NCBI GenBank assembly: GCA_965205605.1
Contig: CBDBHE010000003.1
Location: 1 to 33,479, forward strand
DNA length: 33,479 nt
Origin: Spirochaetota bacterium
GTDB lineage: Bacteria > Spirochaetota > UBA12135 > COTS27 > CBDBHE01
Direction: 5' to 3'
The notes under the pieces were generated by a model. The model was not told where the DNA came from, searched no databases, and saw only the letters and a list, made by a program, of their open reading frames with translations. Both the position numbers and the translations under genes were made by a program. Below, one piece after another: positions 27,727 through 33,479 of this stretch (the first letter of the stretch is position 1; every line of letters starts with the position of its first letter).

Positions 27727-28143
27727 TTAATCAGAAATGGCAGCAATAGAAGTGTTTTTCAGACCCACTAAGTTGCACTTGTCTAAAACTTTTACAACCA
27801 TACCAGTCAAAGATTGATTGTCAGCAACAATGATCACTTTTAAAGAAGGGTTTCGATTTTTTTCTCTTTGAAGAATTGATTCTAAAACGGATAAAGTCAC
27901 TTGTTTTTCGTGAATATGAATCGTGCCTTCTCGAGTAATAGCAAGTTTAATCGTTTTGTCTTTTACTTGAGTTGCTGAAGAGGCTTTTGGTTTTTTGACT
28001 TCTACCCCTGTTTCTCTGGTAAATGTAGTTGTCACCACAAAAAAAATAAGTAAAATAAAAACCATATCTAGTAAAGGAGAAAGATTGATTTCACTATTTT
28101 CTTCACTTTCTATTTTTGAGAAGTTATTTTTAAAGTAGGACAT
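27727..28143 (-). CDS. exbD: Biopolymer transport protein ExbD
   Basis: INLSPLLDMVFILLIFFVVTTTF (conserved Asp), VIIVAD, VVKVLD. Confidence 0.93.
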   Translation of the reverse strand: MSYFKNNFSKIESEENSEINLSPLLDMVFILLIFFVVTTTFTRETGVEVKKPKASSATQVKDKTIKLAITREGTIHIHEKQVTLSVLESILQREKNRNPSLKVIIVADNQSLTGMVVKVLDKCNLVGLKNTSIAAISD

Positions 28144-28392
28144 TGTGATTTAGTTGATCGTTTTATTACACTTAAATTTTAGTAGAATTCATAAAAATGA
28201 TATAAGTAAAAGGTTAAAAAATCAAATTTTGTCAATTCATTATTTTTAAAAGCAATGACTCAGAAATGGAGATTATAAAAAAGATGGAAATTAAAATTTA
28301 ATGATCCAAGTTTTGATATTTAGTTTGATCTCAATCAAACTTATCATCGCTAAGTAAGGTGGTTCTTTTACTTTTTGAAAAACCACTCCTTA

Positions 28393-28425
28393 ATAAGCCA
28401 TTTATAAGTCATTTATAAGTCATTT
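28393..28425. repeat. Three tandem 11-bp direct repeats (candidate regulator site)
   Basis: ATAAGCCATTT ATAAGTCATTT ATAAGTCATTT in the intergenic region upstream of exbD. Confidence 0.6.
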
Positions 28426-28693
28426 TTTTTAACCCTTTTTTTTAAAAAATTAGTAACAATTAGGGAAAAAAAATCACTCAAAGATTATCATTGCTATAAC
28501 AATTAAAGACTTTAATGACAAGCTTTATTTTATTTTGGTAAGATTGATGAATCATATTATCTTTACAATCAATAAAAGGGTTAACTTTTTAAGTGAGCTG
28601 CCTTTTTTAAAAATCTATTTAAAAGACGAATATCAGCTTACTTAAAAAAAAGACTTTGTAAGTAAATCATTAATTTTTTTAAAACTAATTTGT

Positions 28694-29923
28694 TTAATTA
28701 AAACACCATTTATGATGATGCTTTAAAAGATAACCCACCAGTTTAAAAGATCCGGTGACTAAAAGAGTTTCGTCTTTAGAAATCATTTTTTTTAGACTTT
28801 TTAAATGATAAACAACTTTTGTTTTTCTATTTTTACTTACTTTTATAATTGTTTTTTCTGAAAGTTGTTTTGAAATATACTCTAAATTAAGTTCATAATA
28901 AGTGAGCTTCCATTTTTTTGGGATGGCTTTTACAATAGCAGTAATATCTTTATCAGGTAAAAAGTAACAAATTAAATGTATTTTTTTTAATGGATATTGC
29001 TCTTTAACAAACTGAACAACTTTTTTAATGGAAATAAGATTATGAGCTCCATCGTAAACGACATGGTCTTTTAGATAAAACCTACCTATTAAAGGATATT
29101 TGGAGATAAGTTTTTCAAACTGTGTTATTGTTTTTTGATCTTTTTTGAGAGAAAATTGATGAATAATGCTTGTGATTATTTTTATGTTTTGTTTTTCAAA
29201 AGGGTTTAATATTTCTTCATTAAAAGAAGTCATTGATGGTTGATTTTCTAAAAAGAGAGGAGCCTTTTTTTTTTTAGCGGTTTGTTTGATGACGCTATAA
29301 GCTTCTTTTTTTTGAAGAGAACAGAAAACAGGTGTTTTTTCTTTAATAACACCTGCTTTTTCTGTTGCAATTTTTTTTAAAGTATTACCGAGTTGGCTAG
29401 TGTGATCAAAATCGATTGTTGTAATAATACAAGCGATTGGTTTTAAAACATTGGTTGAATCCAATCTCCCTCCAAGACCGGTTTCTATAATAGCAATTTG
29501 TACTTTCTTTTCTTTAAAAAAATAAAAAGCCGTTGCTGTTAAAATATCAAAAATAGTAGCATTCAGTTTTTTTTTCAAACAAAGTTGATTAATTTTATCT
29601 AAAGTTTTAAGAAGTGTTTTCCATGCGATTTTTTTGGAATTAATAAAAAATCGATCTCTTAAATCGATTACGTGTGGAGATAAATAGAGTCCTGTTTTAA
29701 ATCCACAAGCTTGTAAATATTTTGATAATAAATAAGCGGTTGTTCCCTTTCCTTTGGTGCCTGCGATATGAAAAGAAGCGAAGGCTTCTTGTGGATTATT
29801 TAAATGAACAAGGATTGTTTGGATATTAAATGTAGAGAAATGAGAAGGGGTGTATTGTTGTTTTCTACGATTAAAATCAGCTCGTTTATAAAATTGATTA
29901 AGAATTTTATTTTTTTTGAACAT
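28694..29923 (-). CDS. folC: Folylpolyglutamate synthase/dihydrofolate synthase
   Basis: HIAGTKGKGTT, YLSPH, ETGLGGRLDSTN, DH..LG.T..IATEKAG, DGAHN, VTGSF. Confidence 0.92.
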   Translation of the reverse strand: MFKKNKILNQFYKRADFNRRKQQYTPSHFSTFNIQTILVHLNNPQEAFASFHIAGTKGKGTTAYLLSKYLQACGFKTGLYLSPHVIDLRDRFFINSKKIAWKTLLKTLDKINQLCLKKKLNATIFDILTATAFYFFKEKKVQIAIIETGLGGRLDSTNVLKPIACIITTIDFDHTSQLGNTLKKIATEKAGVIKEKTPVFCSLQKKEAYSVIKQTAKKKKAPLFLENQPSMTSFNEEILNPFEKQNIKIITSIIHQFSLKKDQKTITQFEKLISKYPLIGRFYLKDHVVYDGAHNLISIKKVVQFVKEQYPLKKIHLICYFLPDKDITAIVKAIPKKWKLTYYELNLEYISKQLSEKTIIKVSKNRKTKVVYHLKSLKKMISKDETLLVTGSFKLVGYLLKHHHKWCFN

Positions 29924-29926
29924 CTG

Positions 29927-30604
29927 CTATTGAGTAAGAGAAAATAAAATAATATTCATTCCAAATTTAAGAGCGGATTCTCTTTTTTCTAATGAATTTT
30001 TATGCAATTGATAAGAAGCCCAACCATCTCCAATATCTGTATTTTTTGTGTAAAAAATGATCATTCTTCCTTCATGGAAAATACCGTAAGTTTCAGCTTC
30101 TCCTCCATCATGTTTATGGATTTTAGGAGCTCCTTTAGGAAAGGTGTAATAAAGGTGAAAAATAGGATGATTATTTGGGATGGCAATCCATTTTTTGCTT
30201 TTATAGATATCTTTTATTTCTTTTTTAAAAGAAGGGTCTAAACCATAATCATCATTAACATATAAAAATCCTCCATTTTCCAAATATTTTTTAAGATTTT
30301 TTTTTTCTATATTATCAAAAGAAATATTGCCATGCCCTGTTAAGTAAAGAAAAGGAACCTCAAAAAGAGCAGAATCTTTTAAAGTGATCATTTTAGGAAA
30401 TGGGTTACAATCAAGTGCTTTTTTTGAATTAATGAAATTCATTAAATTTTGAGCTCCAACTTTACCTTCATACCAATCTCCTCCCCCAGAATACTTGAGG
30501 TAATAAAAAGTGAAATCAGGAGTCTTTTCTTTATTACTAATAAACAATAAAGAAAGGAGCAAGACAAGAAGTGATAAAGAATTGTTTTTAAACATTGTTT
30601 TCAT
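29927..30604 (-). CDS. DUF4159-domain protein
   Basis: YSGGGDWY, PFLYLTGHGN, GGFLYVNDDYG, HPIF, PKIHKHDG, TDIGDGW. True start is probably ATG 30604 or 30595 rather than 30640. Confidence 0.8.
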   Translation of the reverse strand: MKTMFKNNSLSLLVLLLSLLFISNKEKTPDFTFYYLKYSGGGDWYEGKVGAQNLMNFINSKKALDCNPFPKMITLKDSALFEVPFLYLTGHGNISFDNIEKKNLKKYLENGGFLYVNDDYGLDPSFKKEIKDIYKSKKWIAIPNNHPIFHLYYTFPKGAPKIHKHDGGEAETYGIFHEGRMIIFYTKNTDIGDGWASYQLHKNSLEKRESALKFGMNIILFSLTQ

Positions 30605-32372
30605 ATTTTTTTTTGAAAAAAGAAAATAAAACAAACCCAAGAAAAATAATGAAATAAATAAAATAAGTTTTATCTAAAACTATTTTGGTAAGTTGTTTTT
30701 CATTTTTTGTTTTTTTTAAAGCTGTTTTGATGATTTGAGTTGTTTCTTCAAAAGAGAGTTCATTTTTAAAAGACTTATGAGGTTTGAAAAGGAAGTATTC
30801 TTTATAGGGGAGTCTAATGTTGATTGATAAAGAGTCATTAAAACGATCTTCTATCGTGTGAGTGCCAAGATATTTTTTATCGGGTGGGATTTGAAAAGTG
30901 GATGATCCATTTTTTTTTACTTTTAAACTGTTAAGTATTTTTTGAGGAACGTCTTTTTCTCCTAAAAAATAATTTCTTCTTAGGGCAGTTTTATTTTTTT
31001 GATAGTGTTCTTCATAAATAGAAAAAATGAGTCTATATAGGAAATTTTCTAAAAAATTAATCGTAGATAAATTAGAATTTTGTAAATAACTAATGGGGTA
31101 AAATCCAATAAAAATCATATTATTTCGTTTGAAAAAAGAACTAAAATTATTTTGATTTGTTGCGTAAACAATATCTTTTTCGAGTATTTTTAAAGCTTGA
31201 ATTGTTTTAAAAGATTTTATTTCCGTGAAAAGATCAGTTGGTCTTTGATCTGCTAGAAGAAAATTAAAAAAAGGTTTTGTCGTTTCTAAATTAAAAAAAA
31301 TTTTGTTTTCATTGAGTTTGACTACTTTTGAGTTAGAGAGGTTGTTTTTTAAGGAGATATTTTGTGGTATCAGAAAAAATAGAGAATCACTTTTTTGAAA
31401 TAAAGTGATTACTTCTTTAGGGGGAGAGAAAAGAAAGTGTATTTGGTGTTTTTGATGGGTATTTTTTAAAAAGAAATTTTTGGCATTTTTTATGTTTTGT
31501 TTGGGATTGAGGAAATATTGTGGTGTTAAGTTTATGGTTTGATAAGTTCGTAGAGCTTGATGTATTTTTTGGATATCGGGGGTTGCTTTAAAAATCCAGG
31601 AAATAATTTGAAGGTTGTTTTGGGTGTTTTTAAATAAAAATTGATCGTGATCATTATAAGACTTATGGTCTTGGTTGTTTATTAATTTGACGGAAAGCAA
31701 CAGATTTTTTGAATTGATTTTTGAAAAAGAGTAGGGAATAGTTGTTATTTGTTTTTTTAAAATAAGGGTTTTTTTTTTTGAAAGTAAAATTTGGTTGTTG
31801 TTTTTTAAATCAATTTTTAAACTAACTTTTGTTTTAGAAGGAGTGTTTTTTAATAAAAGGATTTCTATTTTATTAGTAAAATCTTTTTGATAAAAAAAAT
31901 CGGATGAATCTTTTAAAATAAAAATAGCTTTATCATTAAAGCTTTCTCTTGAAGTATTAATATAGTAAACGTTGCTTTTTTTAATGGGTGTAAATAAATC
32001 ACTAAAACAAAAATCACTTATTATAAGTGCAGAAGTTTTTAAAGGAAGATAATTAATATGTTTTAAGATAGGAGAAAAAAAAGAAATAGGTTGATTGGCT
32101 TTATAAATTTGATTTTTTTTAAAAGGAGTTATTTGAGAAGAAAAAAGATAAATGGTTACTTGATCTTTAAATTGTTTTTTGATGGTTTTTAAATAATTTT
32201 GAATTTGTTTTTCTTTAGAAAACATACTAATAGAATCATCAACATAAATAACGATTTTTTTATTATATAAATATTGTTTTTTAAATAAATAAGGGTTGAT
32301 TATTAAGCTAATAATAGCCATTAGAGTAAGAGAAAATGAAAAAAAAACAATAAAAAGGAAATATTTTTTCAA
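30588..32372 (-). CDS. Membrane-anchored hypothetical protein with a degenerate vWA-like N-terminal domain
   Basis: N- and C-terminal TM helices; VIYVDDSISM (MIDAS-like DxSxS) and LIISD; adjacent to DUF4159. Confidence 0.55.
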   Translation of the reverse strand: MKKYFLFIVFFSFSLTLMAIISLIINPYLFKKQYLYNKKIVIYVDDSISMFSKEKQIQNYLKTIKKQFKDQVTIYLFSSQITPFKKNQIYKANQPISFFSPILKHINYLPLKTSALIISDFCFSDLFTPIKKSNVYYINTSRESFNDKAIFILKDSSDFFYQKDFTNKIEILLLKNTPSKTKVSLKIDLKNNNQILLSKKKTLILKKQITTIPYSFSKINSKNLLLSVKLINNQDHKSYNDHDQFLFKNTQNNLQIISWIFKATPDIQKIHQALRTYQTINLTPQYFLNPKQNIKNAKNFFLKNTHQKHQIHFLFSPPKEVITLFQKSDSLFFLIPQNISLKNNLSNSKVVKLNENKIFFNLETTKPFFNFLLADQRPTDLFTEIKSFKTIQALKILEKDIVYATNQNNFSSFFKRNNMIFIGFYPISYLQNSNLSTINFLENFLYRLIFSIYEEHYQKNKTALRRNYFLGEKDVPQKILNSLKVKKNGSSTFQIPPDKKYLGTHTIEDRFNDSLSINIRLPYKEYFLFKPHKSFKNELSFEETTQIIKTALKKTKNEKQLTKIVLDKTYFIYFIIFLGFVLFSFFKKKYENNV

Positions 32373-32515
32373 TGAATTGAATGAGTGAAAAATAGCAGTT
32401 ATTTTATTTAATTAGTTGTTTTAACAAATCTTAATTTTTTTAAATGGATACTTTATTATAAAAAGATTTATTATTTAATTCTATAAGTGAATTGAAAAAG
32501 AAAAAAAGAAATGAA

Positions 32516-32545
32516 TTGACTTTTTTTATTGTAAATAGTTATATT
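32516..32545 (+). promoter_or_regulatory. Candidate sigma70 promoter of murA
   Basis: TTGACT(32516-32521)-N18-TATATT(32540-32545), 8 nt before the GTG start. Confidence 0.45.
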
Positions 32546-32553
32546 AAGCTCTT

Positions 32554-33479
32554 GTGATCAAGTATTATACGATTAAAGGACCTACACGATTAGAAGGAGA
32601 GGTTCAAATTTCAGGTTCTAAAAACGCATCTTTACCAATTATGTCAGCGACTCTTTTAACAGACAAAGAGGTTGTTTTAAACAATATTCCAAAATTAAGA
32701 GATATTAAGACAATGGTTGCTCTTTTAGAAACTTTGGGTAAGAAGATTCAAGTAGAAAAAAATCGACTTATTATTAGATCGACTCAAAAGAAAAATCATC
32801 AAGCAACTTATGAGCTTGTAAAAAAAATGAGAGCGTCAATAGTTGTTTTAGGACCGCTTGTGGCAAAATATAAAAAAGCACTGGTTTCTTTACCGGGGGG
32901 ATGTGCTTTTGGCCCAAGACCAGTGGACCTTCATTTAAAAGGAATTACGGCTTTAGGTGCAAAAGTTGATTTAAAACATGGCTATATATCTGCTGAAGCA
33001 AAAAATGGCTTAATAGGAAAAGAAATAAACCTTTCTGGAAAACATGGATCTTCTGTTTTAGCTACAGATAATGTAGCAATGGCTGCTTGTTTGGCTTTGG
33101 GACATAGTGTGATTAAAGATGCTGCAAAAGAACCTGAAACAATTGACATGTTTCATTTTTTAAATCATATAGGAGCTAAAATCAAAGGAATAGGAACTTC
33201 AAAAATATTCATTGAAGGAGTTTCGTCTTTAAGTGGAGGAGAATACACCATTATTGATGATCGAATTGAAGCGGGAACGTTTATGATTTATGCCGCTCTT
33301 AGCAAAAGTAACGTGTTGATCCGTTATAAACATATGGACCACCTTGATTCACTGATTAATTTACTAAAAAGTATTGAAGTTAATTTTAAAATAGAAGAAC
33401 AAGGAATTAGAATTAAAGGAAAAGACCCAAAATATTATCAATCCTTTGATGTTAAAACAAATCCGTACCCTGACTTTCC
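32554..33479 (+). CDS. murA: UDP-N-acetylglucosamine 1-carboxyvinyltransferase (partial, runs off the window end)
   Basis: Not in the track. GTG 32554 gives ...LEGEVQISGSKNASLPI...VKKMRASIVVLGPL...LPGGCAFGPRPVDLH...SVLATDN...AAKEPE...DRIEAGT...PYPDF. Confidence 0.96.
   Translation, partial: MIKYYTIKGPTRLEGEVQISGSKNASLPIMSATLLTDKEVVLNNIPKLRDIKTMVALLETLGKKIQVEKNRLIIRSTQKKNHQATYELVKKMRASIVVLGPLVAKYKKALVSLPGGCAFGPRPVDLHLKGITALGAKVDLKHGYISAEAKNGLIGKEINLSGKHGSSVLATDNVAMAACLALGHSVIKDAAKEPETIDMFHFLNHIGAKIKGIGTSKIFIEGVSSLSGGEYTIIDDRIEAGTFMIYAALSKSNVLIRYKHMDHLDSLINLLKSIEVNFKIEEQGIRIKGKDPKYYQSFDVKTNPYPDF

Noticed and set aside
28199-28235. Perfect TTGACA on the minus strand upstream of exbD
   Set aside because: No acceptable -10 hexamer at 16-18 bp spacing.
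1023-30241. Short overlapping ORFs in the track (e.g. 1023-1208, 2873-3055, 4188-4391, 6004-6324, 6622-6804, 7687-7956, 9202-9408, 10409-10591, 10594-10920, 13130-13321, 13448-13684, 13941-14126, 15915-16229, 22441-22623, 22674-22874, 23944-24156, 24274-24459, 30002-30241)
   Set aside because: Antisense or alternate-frame shadows of well-supported genes, with no recognisable motifs.
32895-32915. Possible fosfomycin-resistant MurA
   Set aside because: The active-site Cys is retained (PGGCAFG), so this is the ordinary form.
1-33479. Alternative genetic code, given the extreme AT bias
   Set aside because: Long ORFs are intact under code 11, conserved Trp residues use TGG, and TGA acts as the hldD stop.

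Overview
Very AT-rich bacterial chromosome segment, read with genetic code 11. It most likely comes from a spirochaete: FlgE carries the spirochaetal lysinoalanine motif in its Leptospira-like Ser form, and hldD suggests LPS. Most genes are housekeeping: a degenerate M20/M28 peptidase homologue, clpA/clpS, an aldo-keto reductase, gamma-type asd, a TAXI-TRAP transporter divergent from a malic enzyme, fliK-flgD-flgE, a PfkB kinase, a metallophosphoesterase, mutS, cmoB/cmoA, hldD, folC, DUF4159, a vWA-like protein and murA. Three loci stand out. (1) A six-gene TtpB/TtpC-type TonB energiser operon whose order is a circular permutation of the Vibrio TonB2 order, with a structured 550-bp upstream region. 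(2) An uncalled 58-aa membrane-anchored ORF behind a sigma28-like promoter, followed by an 878-aa orphan with a near-perfect 195-bp Pro/Ser-rich tandem array. (3) Five single-base frameshifts at homopolymers (clpA x3, asd, exbB), most simply long-read assembly errors. No rRNA, tRNA, CRISPR array or mobile element was recognised. All family calls come from motif recognition by eye; no searches were run.
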